From: an uncultured virus (IMG/VR IMGVR_UViG_3300026119_000001) | Lineage: Duplodnaviria > Heunggongvirae > Uroviricota > Caudoviricetes | Virus record (IMG/VR): IMGVR_UViG_3300026119_000001 | Length of the DNA: 64,000 nt | Strand: one strand, 5' to 3' | In this document: one piece after another, positions 9,651-19,642 of the stretch | Position numbering within the stretch: the stretch's first letter is position 1 | Layout: each line of letters opens with the position of its first letter | Program-made: the position numbers and the translations under genes | The notes under the pieces: generated by a model | Told to the model about the DNA's origin: nothing | What the model saw: the letters and a program-made list of their open reading frames with translations, nothing else | The model's database searches: none

Positions 9651-10205
9651 ATGCTTCCAAATGATATAAGCCAATATCAGGTTTTTAATAAACACACCTA
9701 CTTACCTTATAAAGAACAATTAGATTTGTTATTAGATAAGTTTAGCAAATCAAATAACAAATTAAGTATTAATTATAGTCCTGAAAAAATAAAATTTGAT
9801 AATTTAGATGATATTACTTTAATTGTATATAAAAGAAATATTATATCTTTTGCTTCAATATTAAATAAACCAATCTGGCCTAAAAATATTAGTAGAATAT
9901 TTAATCGTATATTAAGAAATAAAGAATTTGATTGGGTCAATCCCACATTTGGTATCATATCAAAATTAACACACGACCACCAAATAAAATATTGTAAAAA
10001 TATAGGTAAAGATTATGTCTTTCTATCTATTGAAGGTCAGAAAAGAAAATATTTACAAAGATGGACTGAACAAGCAAATGAATACAGTCCAGGGTGGTCT
10101 TTATGTGATGATAAAAAATGGGTATGTAAAGGAATTCCAGAAAGTTGTTTACAACATATCACGTATAAAAAAATATCAGATACTAACGAACCTTTTCCTC
10201 TATAA
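9651..10205 (+). CDS. hypothetical protein, possibly GNAT-like
   Basis: 184 aa; RIFNRILR and HQIKYCKNIGKDYVFLS patterns loosely resemble an acyltransferase fold. Confidence 0.4.
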   Translation: MLPNDISQYQVFNKHTYLPYKEQLDLLLDKFSKSNNKLSINYSPEKIKFDNLDDITLIVYKRNIISFASILNKPIWPKNISRIFNRILRNKEFDWVNPTFGIISKLTHDHQIKYCKNIGKDYVFLSIEGQKRKYLQRWTEQANEYSPGWSLCDDKKWVCKGIPESCLQHITYKKISDTNEPFPL

Positions 10206-10938
10206 AAGGTAAAAATATTGTACTAGGATCAAACTCTCCCTTTTCTGCAAAATCATATAGTCTAGTATTATTGTGGTGATTATTATGTAATGCTTGTCCC
10301 CAAGTTAACCACGTGAGTATAGGTATATTCATTGACTTATCTTTTGTATCAAATGTTCTATAACCAAATTTACCTAAATGACAAACTGAATTAACAATTG
10401 CTTCTTGATGATATGATAAGGCTGCTGGTATCAACCAAAACCATAACATAAATTCTATATTAATTAAACTCAATACTATAAAAGTTATCCAAACAATATA
10501 AGTGTATTTACGATTTAACCATAAATGAAATTTATCTTTTCTTATATCAGGAATAACTCTAGTATTAATCTTACCTAATTTTCTATTGTGTAACCACCCA
10601 ATATAAGAGTGAAAGAAACCATCTTTAGGACTATGTGGGTCTCCATCTTTGTCAGCGTGTGGGTGATGTTTACCTCTATGCGTTGCCGCCCACCACAAAG
10701 GACTACCTTGCACACATAAGCAAGATAAAAATAATAATGGTTTTTTCAACCATTTTTTTAATCTGATAGATTTATGACTTACAACTCTATGTAAAATAAC
10801 AGCAGAACCTAATCCACAAAAAACTATCCAACCTAAAAACAAATACAACCAATTAGGTGATGTAAAAATAATACCTAATAAAGCTAATATCTGAACTGGC
10901 CAAAATACAAACCATAAATTGATTTCGCTTTTACTCAT
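10183..10938 (-). CDS. membrane fatty-acid (delta-9-type) desaturase
   Basis: Three His boxes HRVVSH, HRGKHH, HNNHH; DPHSP motif; transmembrane segments. Confidence 0.9.
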   Translation of the reverse strand: MSKSEINLWFVFWPVQILALLGIIFTSPNWLYLFLGWIVFCGLGSAVILHRVVSHKSIRLKKWLKKPLLFLSCLCVQGSPLWWAATHRGKHHPHADKDGDPHSPKDGFFHSYIGWLHNRKLGKINTRVIPDIRKDKFHLWLNRKYTYIVWITFIVLSLINIEFMLWFWLIPAALSYHQEAIVNSVCHLGKFGYRTFDTKDKSMNIPILTWLTWGQALHNNHHNNTRLYDFAEKGEFDPSTIFLPFIEEKVR

Positions 10939-11777
10939 TAATATCCTCCATCGTTTTCTTTGATATGTTCTAAAAAAGGAGCAACTTCAAAATTTTGAGT
11001 TAATCTACCACGTCTGGCATTTGTTTCATCATTAAATCCTTTATCAACACCCTCCCAATTAGTAATATTTATTCTAAATTTTCCGTGTTTTACTGTCCAG
11101 GCATATTGATTATCTTCAAGTAATTTTGGATTCGGATTTATACCAAACTTATCTGATATCAATTGTTTTAATTCATCAAACTTATAATTCTCATCCTTTT
11201 CAACCATATAACGTCCTACTTGTCCAACGTTTCTAAATTCAAAAGATGTCCCTGCTCGCCAAGTATTATTATCTTTATACGCAATCATTTTATCTATAAT
11301 ATGTTCGTTCAAATTTTTAATAACAATACAACCAATAGACAACCGTAATTTTAAAGATAAACAATTTGCTAATGCATCCATTTTCTTCTTAGCGCATTTT
11401 AATTTATCTGTTATTATATATACTTTATCATCATCAAAACCAGTCATACTTAAATATACAGTTTTCAACCCAGCGTCTTTTAATTCTTTTAAATAATGAT
11501 AATGGGTAATTCTTAATCCATTAGTTGCAATAGTTGTTCTATGACCAAGTGATGTAGCCTCTTTTATAATCTTTGCTAAATCTTTGTGTAATGTGGGTTC
11601 ACCACCAATAAATCTAAATTCAGTTTTAACTTTAAATCTTTTTATAAAATCAATAACTTTATCTGTATTCAAATCTGGATAATGTCTAAAAGGTAAATAA
11701 CAATTAGCACACTCCATATTACATCTATGTACTATATCACAATAGACTGATTTAAATTTACTATCTTCTGGTTTCAT
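10938..11777 (-). CDS. radical SAM enzyme
   Basis: CNMECANC (CxxxCxxC), GGEPTLH and TNG motifs. Confidence 0.9.
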   Translation of the reverse strand: MKPEDSKFKSVYCDIVHRCNMECANCYLPFRHYPDLNTDKVIDFIKRFKVKTEFRFIGGEPTLHKDLAKIIKEATSLGHRTTIATNGLRITHYHYLKELKDAGLKTVYLSMTGFDDDKVYIITDKLKCAKKKMDALANCLSLKLRLSIGCIVIKNLNEHIIDKMIAYKDNNTWRAGTSFEFRNVGQVGRYMVEKDENYKFDELKQLISDKFGINPNPKLLEDNQYAWTVKHGKFRINITNWEGVDKGFNDETNARRGRLTQNFEVAPFLEHIKENDGGY

Positions 11778-12342
11778 CTATCAATAGTCCATTGTAATAC
11801 ATATCTTTAATTAAATTATAATCATCATATTTCTCTTTAAAAGAAATACTTAATACCACTCTATCTCTATCTGATCCATTTATAACTCCGTGTATTGCTT
11901 TAGTATTCAAACAGAAAACTTTATCAGATACAAAAGTTTCAATTAATTTTGGATTATGATAATGTTTAGCACTGGTTTGTTTCTTCACACCTTCTACTTG
12001 TAAAACAACTTCCTCCTCTTCTTTACTTTCAAAAAAAGTTATCTTATCATTTTTATCTATTACAACTGGTATATTAATTGCAACTTTTCTTTTATCTGTA
12101 TGTGGGGTTATTACACCTTTAGGATAAGTTTTAAAAAATTTAATATTGTCTATCAACTCTTTATAATTTTTAAGTTGATTAATATATTCTAATACATCTT
12201 CTTTAGAAACATATTGTGTATGTAAGTTTTCTTTTGGATCACCTGAACCATACATTGCCCAAACATTTTTATTATTTAAATAGGTTTGTTTTAATTTTTC
12301 AGAATCAAATTTAAATTCAGGTATTTCAAAAGCATTAATCAT
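11761..12342 (-). CDS. Fe(II)/2OG-dependent oxygenase (cupin/Asp-hydroxylase-like)
   Basis: PHTD (HxD), AINIP, HGVIN, RVVLS. Confidence 0.7.
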   Translation of the reverse strand: MINAFEIPEFKFDSEKLKQTYLNNKNVWAMYGSGDPKENLHTQYVSKEDVLEYINQLKNYKELIDNIKFFKTYPKGVITPHTDKRKVAINIPVVIDKNDKITFFESKEEEEVVLQVEGVKKQTSAKHYHNPKLIETFVSDKVFCLNTKAIHGVINGSDRDRVVLSISFKEKYDDYNLIKDMYYNGLLIDETRR

Positions 12343-12801
12343 TTATTTTCTTAAATTTCCTACTAAATGAATTCTATCTTCCCAAGAAGCATTAACAGCA
12401 GTATGTTTTTTAGTCGTATCAATTTCATACCAATTACCATCAGCAGGATAATGCTTAACTTCTTTTTCTATAATAATCCAACAGTTTTCATTTGTAACCA
12501 AAGGTATATGAATTCTTTTTGTTAAATCCTGATGATATGAATAGCAAGTTTTATATTTTAAATTCATAATTCTTGTTCTGCATAAATTTAAATTATTAAT
12601 AATAGAATTAGTGTAAGGCATATCAAACAAAAGATAAGTAAAATCAGTTTCTTTATATCCTTTTTTTATAATATCTACAACTTTACCAAGACCTAACAAT
12701 GGGTCATTATTGCCTTTAACACCTTGAAGACATATTTGTCCCCACTTTAATTCTGGCAAAAGTTCCATCTCTAATAATATTCTATCTATGTCTATATTCA
12801 T
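12343..12801 (-). CDS. aspartyl/asparaginyl beta-hydroxylase-like Fe(II)/2OG oxygenase
   Basis: YSYHQD, RIHIPLVTN, HTAVN, RIHLV; start placed at ATG 12801, overlapping the upstream gene end. Confidence 0.8.
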   Translation of the reverse strand: MNIDIDRILLEMELLPELKWGQICLQGVKGNNDPLLGLGKVVDIIKKGYKETDFTYLLFDMPYTNSIINNLNLCRTRIMNLKYKTCYSYHQDLTKRIHIPLVTNENCWIIIEKEVKHYPADGNWYEIDTTKKHTAVNASWEDRIHLVGNLRK

Positions 12802-13546
12802 ATAATTCTTTTGATATACAGATACGATTTTTATTTGCTCTTTTATAATCGTTCCATTTACTATTATTTGTTGTTGCAATCCATATTACATCTGAAGGTT
12901 CTAAATTCATTTCTTTACATACTTCTATTTGATTATATTTCAATTTATTATAGATATAATCTATTTTAAAATTATCTATGATTTTTTCTGCTACTTGATG
13001 AGCATAGTAATTATAATACCTATATTTTAAAGTTAAAGCTTCTAATCTAGGTATTGATTTTCTGGAGAAGAGCCAACCTGTTCTTATATTTTTTAAACCA
13101 AAACATTTACTTAAACTGAAAAAGACTAATTCTACATTAGGACCAATTTCAATTTTTTGAGGTTTAGCACTTCCTATATACGCAAGGTCTAATGCTACAG
13201 GAATATCTGTTGGTACTTTTTTATAATTGCCATCAATTGAACTTGGAGAACTCATATAAAAAATTTCACCTTCTCTATTATTAGGTAACCATATATAATC
13301 TCCTTCATTCATATAGATTTTTCTTTTTTCAAATGCCATCCAATAATTCAATCCTTCAGTTATTCCATTTGTTGGATAAACATTAAATTCTTTTAAATTT
13401 ATAACAGGAGATAACCAATCTTTTATTTTTGTTTTATAAAGTTCCATAGCTTCAAGGTCAGGAATTACTGTATTAACCATACCTTTTATTTCCTTTAAAG
13501 TAAAACTCTTTAAAATTCTTCTATTTTCTATTAACCAAGTAATCAT
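12782..13546 (-). CDS. PLP-dependent aminotransferase class I/II-like protein
   Basis: GITEGL, DLAY, FSLSKCFGL (PLP lysine), RTGW. Confidence 0.8.
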   Translation of the reverse strand: MITWLIENRRILKSFTLKEIKGMVNTVIPDLEAMELYKTKIKDWLSPVINLKEFNVYPTNGITEGLNYWMAFEKRKIYMNEGDYIWLPNNREGEIFYMSSPSSIDGNYKKVPTDIPVALDLAYIGSAKPQKIEIGPNVELVFFSLSKCFGLKNIRTGWLFSRKSIPRLEALTLKYRYYNYYAHQVAEKIIDNFKIDYIYNKLKYNQIEVCKEMNLEPSDVIWIATTNNSKWNDYKRANKNRICISKELYEYRHR

Positions 13547-14307
13547 ATCTTTGAATAATCAAATGCTATTCTATGTAGCATTCTTTTATCCATATTTTCA
13601 AATTCCCAACGTTTATGAATAGTTAACCATTGTTCACTTATAACAATATCACCATCTTCCCAATAATGGTCATATCTAAATCTATCTTGTAAAACGTGTT
13701 CTTTTAATTCTTCATACACATCTTTTTCTATACCACCAAATATCTGATTAAATGGAAAATATAAACCAGTCTTCCCAGCAGCATTTGTATATACTAAATC
13801 AAAAGGTCTATCTATTGAGTGGTGCTCTTTAAAAAAAGTAGATGTAGTATAATTACCTTTCTTATAACCTAATGTCAATTTTACATCTCTTATTTTTTCT
13901 TTTAGAGATGTAGGTAAACTCTCATAACTTGCTACATTATCTATCCAACTTGTCTTACTACCTTTTGAAAATTCTTTAGCATATAACCAAATTAAAGGCA
14001 TTCTACTTTCATTACTTGCTTGGTTGGCGTGCCAATCTAATGCACTTGTATGACCAAATAAACCTTCTTCACCGTGTTCATTTTTTTGACCTGTAACTCT
14101 TAATATACCATCTGATAAATGAATATGTTTGGTTCGGTCACTAGTATATTTTTGATACTCACCTATTTTTGAACAAACATCTAATTCATCTTGTTCAGAT
14201 AATTTTTGATTTCTTATAACAACAACTAAATCAGATAAAATTGCTTTACCAATTTCTTTAACTTGGTTTTCGGTTGCTTCTTTTAAATCTATATCAAAAC
14301 TTTTCAA
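13543..14307 (-). CDS. TauD/TfdA-family dioxygenase
   Basis: VVVIRNQKL, LDWHAN, W-x-x-GDIVI...TIHKR, RMLHR. Confidence 0.8.
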   Translation of the reverse strand: MKSFDIDLKEATENQVKEIGKAILSDLVVVIRNQKLSEQDELDVCSKIGEYQKYTSDRTKHIHLSDGILRVTGQKNEHGEEGLFGHTSALDWHANQASNESRMPLIWLYAKEFSKGSKTSWIDNVASYESLPTSLKEKIRDVKLTLGYKKGNYTTSTFFKEHHSIDRPFDLVYTNAAGKTGLYFPFNQIFGGIEKDVYEELKEHVLQDRFRYDHYWEDGDIVISEQWLTIHKRWEFENMDKRMLHRIAFDYSKI

Positions 14308-15071
14308 TTTGTTCTCCTATTATCTTCAATATATTTCTTTAATTCATATTGTGGTTTCCAACCGTAACTAGTCATTACTTCTATATTTGCTTTGTTATCA
14401 AGTCTTTCAGTATCACCAGCAATTCTTTTTTCAGTAGTAATTCCAAAGTGGTCCATTATATCAGTTAACTTATGTGTAATGCCTGTTCCTATATCTATTA
14501 CACCCGTCCTTTCATCAAATGCTGAAATTTGGCTTTGTCTTAATAAAGATTCAATCGCTGAACAAATATCATAGACGTGTATAAAATCTCTACTATGATT
14601 TGTATTAATATATGGCACATTATTTTTTAATATTCTAGGTATCAACATTTGTTCTCTTGCACCTGGTCCATATACAGTAGTAAATCTCATACCTAAACTA
14701 TTTTTATTAGCAATTTGTTCCATACTATACTTACTCATTGCATAAGGATTTCTCCAAGGTTCATATGCTGTACTTGAACTTGCATACAAAATTCTTGTAT
14801 CTTTAAAATGGTCAAATAGTCTTTGACTTACAATTACATTTTGTTTCCAATAGTCTGTAGGATTTTCAAAACTTTGTCTGACACCAGATAGACCTGCTAG
14901 ATGAATAACTACATCTACATTATAATTTAAATCACAGGTAAGTAATTCATTTGGGAATAATACATCACCTGAATTGCGGTCTAAACCAATTACGTTAAAA
15001 CGTTTTTCTGATAACCATACTGAAAGATTTTTACCAATAAATCCATCACTACCTGTTAATAATATGTTCAT
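14304..15071 (-). CDS. NAD-dependent epimerase/dehydratase
   Basis: TGSDGFIG, HLAG, YASSS, YAMSK (YxxxK), RFTTVYGP, RDFIHV. Confidence 0.9.
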   Translation of the reverse strand: MNILLTGSDGFIGKNLSVWLSEKRFNVIGLDRNSGDVLFPNELLTCDLNYNVDVVIHLAGLSGVRQSFENPTDYWKQNVIVSQRLFDHFKDTRILYASSSTAYEPWRNPYAMSKYSMEQIANKNSLGMRFTTVYGPGAREQMLIPRILKNNVPYINTNHSRDFIHVYDICSAIESLLRQSQISAFDERTGVIDIGTGITHKLTDIMDHFGITTEKRIAGDTERLDNKANIEVMTSYGWKPQYELKKYIEDNRRTN

Positions 15072-15640
15072 ATTCCTATCACCATATACCTATCAAATTT
15101 ATCCAATTTTAAAGTACCCCTATATAATATTTTTTCTAATCTCAAACTCTTCTCAAATTCTATTACACTATTATGACAATTAATATGCTCTCTAATAGAA
15201 AAATAATTATTTGATTGTAATATAACTAACGACCCTTTCTTTCTTCTTTTTAAAAATTCATCTATTAAATACTGACCAAGATGTTCGCAAGAAGTACACA
15301 TAACTATATCAAATTTTTTAATATCATAATATTTTATATCAGCGTCTGTAAATATAATATCTTTACCTTTATAAAGCTTATTCCCAATCTTTTCACACAT
15401 TGGGTCTTTATCAAAAGAAACAACCTCACCTGTAGTATATTCTTTCATCTTATTTGCTAAATGCCCATACCAACCAGCCGCTACAACTACAGAAGGATTG
15501 TTAAAAAATGTAAAGTATTGTTTTGACTTTTCTATAAGCCAATCTTTACTTTTCTCTTGATTTTCGTTTAGTGAATTAACAATAGACTTAACTAGTCTAT
15601 CTGTGGTGAAGTTGTCAATCACTTTTAATATTCTGTCCAT
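15068..15640 (-). CDS. class I SAM-dependent methyltransferase-like protein
   Basis: VVVAAGWYG, SFDKD, CTSCEH, LQSNNY. Confidence 0.7.
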   Translation of the reverse strand: MDRILKVIDNFTTDRLVKSIVNSLNENQEKSKDWLIEKSKQYFTFFNNPSVVVAAGWYGHLANKMKEYTTGEVVSFDKDPMCEKIGNKLYKGKDIIFTDADIKYYDIKKFDIVMCTSCEHLGQYLIDEFLKRRKKGSLVILQSNNYFSIREHINCHNSVIEFEKSLRLEKILYRGTLKLDKFDRYMVIGI

Positions 15641-15665
15641 AATCTTTAATAAATAGTACTAGTAT

Positions 15666-15673
15666 TATTTATA
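15666..15673 (-). promoter_or_regulatory. late promoter for the leftward half of the enzyme island
   Basis: TATTTATA on plus; a facing TAATAAATA variant at 15647-15655 could drive the rightward half. Confidence 0.65.
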
Positions 15674-16551
15674 TGAGTATGAAAAGAGTTATTTACAGTA
15701 TATACATTGATGTGCCTGCGAAAGAACATTATGGCAAGTCAAAATTTATAAACGACACAGCAAAAAGGGCAAGTATAACCGTTAATGCATTTAAAAAACA
15801 TTATACAAAATTAATTAAGTCTAAACGCCAATACGCTGACGCTATAGGTGTGCCTTTTATAATGTATGAATATAATAATCATTATCAAAAGTATGAGAAA
15901 TTTTTCCTTGATAATTATCCAGAAATAACAGGTTATGAAATTGTAAATTTTTACAAGATACATTTACTTTATGAACTAGCAAAAAAGTATGATGAAATTT
16001 TGTATTTAGATTTTGACGCTATACCTGTAACTAAAGATTCCTTTTTTGATATATGGGATATACAAAACTATATTGCCGTTTATAATAACAATACTATGAT
16101 TAATAAAATGATGTTACGTTTAGATGAAATTAAACACGGTATTAGAAGTCCATCAGCAAAATATTATAATGCTCAAGCTTTACTTATTGCTAAAGGATGT
16201 GACCCTAATAATGATGTTATCAATACTGGTATCATTGGTGCGTCAAAAAAACAAATCCTTAAATTAGATTTCTTTGGTGACTTTAAAGGCACACTAGATT
16301 TAATGACAAAATTAAGATATGATAAAACTGGTTTATATCCTCAAAATATTGTTGATATGTTTAGATATGATAATGAAACAATCTTTGCATATAAAATAAA
16401 AATGAATAATGTTAATATTCAATGGTTAGATAGACGTTGGCATTATTTTTTTGATACACAACATTTTATACCAAAAGAAACCAAAATAGTACACGCTGTC
16501 TGTAAACAATTTGATGTTGTATGGAGGTATAATGAAAAACATAATCTATAG
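15673..16551 (+). CDS. GT-A fold glycosyltransferase-like protein
   Basis: YKIHLL, ILYLDFD (DxD), NTGII, DNET; paralog of the next ORF. Confidence 0.7.
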   Translation: MSMKRVIYSIYIDVPAKEHYGKSKFINDTAKRASITVNAFKKHYTKLIKSKRQYADAIGVPFIMYEYNNHYQKYEKFFLDNYPEITGYEIVNFYKIHLLYELAKKYDEILYLDFDAIPVTKDSFFDIWDIQNYIAVYNNNTMINKMMLRLDEIKHGIRSPSAKYYNAQALLIAKGCDPNNDVINTGIIGASKKQILKLDFFGDFKGTLDLMTKLRYDKTGLYPQNIVDMFRYDNETIFAYKIKMNNVNIQWLDRRWHYFFDTQHFIPKETKIVHAVCKQFDVVWRYNEKHNL

Positions 16552-17392
16552 TATCTACATAGAAAATAACGAACCTAATTTAAATGAAAAACACCAATTC
16601 ACTAAAACACAATTAGCAAAACACTATCAAAAATTAATAGATGTTAAGAAAGAATATGCTAAGCATTGTAATGCTGAATACAGACTTTATGAAAATGATA
16701 CTTATTGGCAAAAATTTAAAAAGAAATTCAATGGGTACCAATTTGATATCATCAATCTATACAAGATACATCTATGGGAAGAATTAGGTAAGGAATATGA
16801 TAATGTTCTTTACTTTGATTTTGATGTAGTACCAAATACAACTGAATCCTTTTTTGAAAAATTTGATATGAATAAAATTTGTGTTCACGCTGTCAATGCA
16901 ACTAAAGAAAATATATGGAGTACAAGTGCTTTAAAACGTTATAAGAAAAAGATAAACACATATGAAGAAATAGTTAGTAACTTTGATGGTTATAGTATGT
17001 ACGTCAAAGCGATTGCTAAAAAATCAATGTTAGCATTAGATAACAATTTTAATACAGATTATCTAATAGTAAATACAGCAATATTAGGTGGCAATTCAAA
17101 TGCTACAAAACAATTAAAATATACAGAAAAATTAGATGAACTTTTAAATATACTAAATGAAGCAAAAGAAGAAAAACTATTTGGAGAGAATATATCAAAA
17201 CTGTTCTTTCCAAACAATGAAGTCTTTTTCCAATATCTATTGGATAAATATAAGATAAAATGGTTTAACATACCTTATGAATGGCATACATATTTAATGT
17301 CTAAAAACAAAATTACAAAAGATATTAAAAATTCTAAAATGATACATTTAATCAATAAAAGATTTGAGGAACTATGGGAGATATTAAAATGA
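16532..17392 (+). CDS. GT-A fold glycosyltransferase-like protein
   Basis: YKIHLW, VLYFDFD, NTAIL, NNEV; ATG at 16532 with GGAGG SD. Confidence 0.7.
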   Translation: MKNIIYSIYIENNEPNLNEKHQFTKTQLAKHYQKLIDVKKEYAKHCNAEYRLYENDTYWQKFKKKFNGYQFDIINLYKIHLWEELGKEYDNVLYFDFDVVPNTTESFFEKFDMNKICVHAVNATKENIWSTSALKRYKKKINTYEEIVSNFDGYSMYVKAIAKKSMLALDNNFNTDYLIVNTAILGGNSNATKQLKYTEKLDELLNILNEAKEEKLFGENISKLFFPNNEVFFQYLLDKYKIKWFNIPYEWHTYLMSKNKITKDIKNSKMIHLINKRFEELWEILK

Positions 17393-18513
17393 GCTGGACA
17401 TTTCCTATTGATTTAAAACTTGATATTACAACTAGATGTAATGCTGGGTGTCCTCAATGTCATAGAACAAACTTAACTGGATTAAAAGCACACGAATGGT
17501 TACCAGATATTGTTTGGTCTTTAAACCAATTTAAACAAGCCTTTCCTGAAAAAATTACTAAACACATTTATAATTTTAATATTTGTGGGACGTGGGGTGA
17601 CCCTTTAACAAATAATGATTTATTAGATATAACAAGATATATCAGACAAGTAAATCCAGAATCACATATTTCTATCAATACAAACGGTTCATTAAGAAAT
17701 GAAGATTGGTGGTGGGAATTTGGAGCAATAGGAGGTAAAAACCTACACGTTGTTTTTGCTGTTGAAGGCACCACACAAAAAATGCACGAAAGATATAGGC
17801 AGTTTACTTTCTTGGATAAAATTTTAAAAAATATGGAGATGTTATCTAACACTAAAGCAAGAATACGAGTTGATACTTTAGTATGGAAACATAATGAAAA
17901 TCATTTAGATGAAATTGAAAAATTAGTTATGGATCACGGAGCAACCAAACATAACAGAATTTTAACTGACCGTTGGGAAGGCCGTAAAGAAATGACTTTT
18001 TTTACTGGAAAGGAAGCTACAGTTTTAGGAAAAGCTGGTGTTGATTTTTCAAATGAAGAAAAAACATATAACAAACGTGAAGCTGATTGTTTTACAGATG
18101 ATGAAGGAACAGAAAAAAAAATTGATAATTTTACTAAACAAACAACAAAACTAACAGTACTAGATGGTATAACACTTAACAAAATAAGAAAAGAAAAAGA
18201 AATAATAGATATAACTTGCAAATGGAAAAAAGCAAATAAACTTGAAATTGAATCAAGTGGTCAAGTTTTACCTTGTTGTTATTTTTCTAATCCATATTTT
18301 TTAGATGAACACAATCCTTCTAACGTAAGTAATTTTATGGTACATCCAATTATGAAAGAATATGAAAAATATAAAAAAGAACTTAATATTTTTACTGCTA
18401 ATTTAATAGATATAATAAATCACAAATGGTATACAGAAATATTACCTAATAGTTGGAATACTGCTAATCCTGTTTTGCAATGTCAAAGACACTGTGGAAA
18501 ATGTAATGTATAA
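17389..18513 (+). CDS. radical SAM enzyme with SPASM/twitch-like C-terminus
   Basis: CNAGCPQC, GTWGDP, TNGS, C-terminal CKW...PCC...CQRHC. Confidence 0.9.
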   Translation: MSWTFPIDLKLDITTRCNAGCPQCHRTNLTGLKAHEWLPDIVWSLNQFKQAFPEKITKHIYNFNICGTWGDPLTNNDLLDITRYIRQVNPESHISINTNGSLRNEDWWWEFGAIGGKNLHVVFAVEGTTQKMHERYRQFTFLDKILKNMEMLSNTKARIRVDTLVWKHNENHLDEIEKLVMDHGATKHNRILTDRWEGRKEMTFFTGKEATVLGKAGVDFSNEEKTYNKREADCFTDDEGTEKKIDNFTKQTTKLTVLDGITLNKIRKEKEIIDITCKWKKANKLEIESSGQVLPCCYFSNPYFLDEHNPSNVSNFMVHPIMKEYEKYKKELNIFTANLIDIINHKWYTEILPNSWNTANPVLQCQRHCGKCNV

Positions 18514-19642
18514 ATCAGAAATAAAAGAATTCTACGATAAGAACAAAGCCTATTGTCATTATCCTTTTAGAGAAATATATAACAATAGTAGCGGACATTA
18601 TAAACTATGTTGCCACGCTAATGTACATCCAGATACTAGGAAATATACAACTCAAAATATAACACCATTTAAATATTTTCGTTCTAAAGAAATGGAAGGA
18701 ATAAGAAACAAAATGCTATCAGGAGAAAAAATGTCCTCTTGCCAAGTATGTTATCAAATGGAAGAGGCAAGTGGTGAATCATATAGAACTAAAGATGTAA
18801 AAAAAATAAGTGGCATTGAATTAGAACCTGCAAGTATTGGATTGAAATTAAGAGTACACGGATCATATTGTAATTTACAATGTTATATGTGCCATCCACA
18901 TAATTCATCTGGAAGAAGAAATGAAATGAAAGCAGTATATGGTAAAGAAGTATTAAAAAAATGGATGCCAAATTTCAAAGGACTTAATTATACTCAATGG
19001 AATGATATATTAAAAGATATTTTAGATAATATTCATTTAGTAGAATATATAGTTGTTACAGGTGGTGAACCATTACTATTACCTAAACAATGGGAAATGA
19101 TTGAAAAAATACCAGAAGAACACGCAAAACATATTCATTTAGCATATGATACTAATTTAACAGAATTAACATATAAAAACCATTCTATCTTTGACGTAGC
19201 AAAAAAATTTAAGGAAGTTGATTTAAGGGCGTCTTGCGACCATTATGGTAGAAAATTAGAATGGATAAGATATCCAATAAACAGAAAAAGATTTGAATCT
19301 AATTTAATTGAAGCTAAAGATTTAATAAAATTTATTAATTGTGCTCCATCTATTTTAAACATTTATGATTTAGATAAAATTTATGATTACTATAAACAAC
19401 ATTTTGGTCTACGTACACAATTTACAAGTATAGTAAGAACACCTCATATGTTATCTATAAAAAATGTGAAAGATAAAGATATATTATTAAAAAAATATGA
19501 AAAGTTAGAATGGTTTAATTATATTAAATCTGAATTATCAATGCCAATATATGATAAAGACAATATAAAAATGAAAAAATATTGTGATGATTTATCTAAA
19601 CATAGAAACTTTAATTGGAGAGAACTTTGGAATGAATTCTAG
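18506..19642 (+). CDS. radical SAM enzyme with N-terminal twitch-like domain
   Basis: N-terminal CHYPF...LCC...CQVC, then CNLQCYMC and GGEPLL. Confidence 0.88.
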   Translation: MYKSEIKEFYDKNKAYCHYPFREIYNNSSGHYKLCCHANVHPDTRKYTTQNITPFKYFRSKEMEGIRNKMLSGEKMSSCQVCYQMEEASGESYRTKDVKKISGIELEPASIGLKLRVHGSYCNLQCYMCHPHNSSGRRNEMKAVYGKEVLKKWMPNFKGLNYTQWNDILKDILDNIHLVEYIVVTGGEPLLLPKQWEMIEKIPEEHAKHIHLAYDTNLTELTYKNHSIFDVAKKFKEVDLRASCDHYGRKLEWIRYPINRKRFESNLIEAKDLIKFINCAPSILNIYDLDKIYDYYKQHFGLRTQFTSIVRTPHMLSIKNVKDKDILLKKYEKLEWFNYIKSELSMPIYDKDNIKMKKYCDDLSKHRNFNWRELWNEF

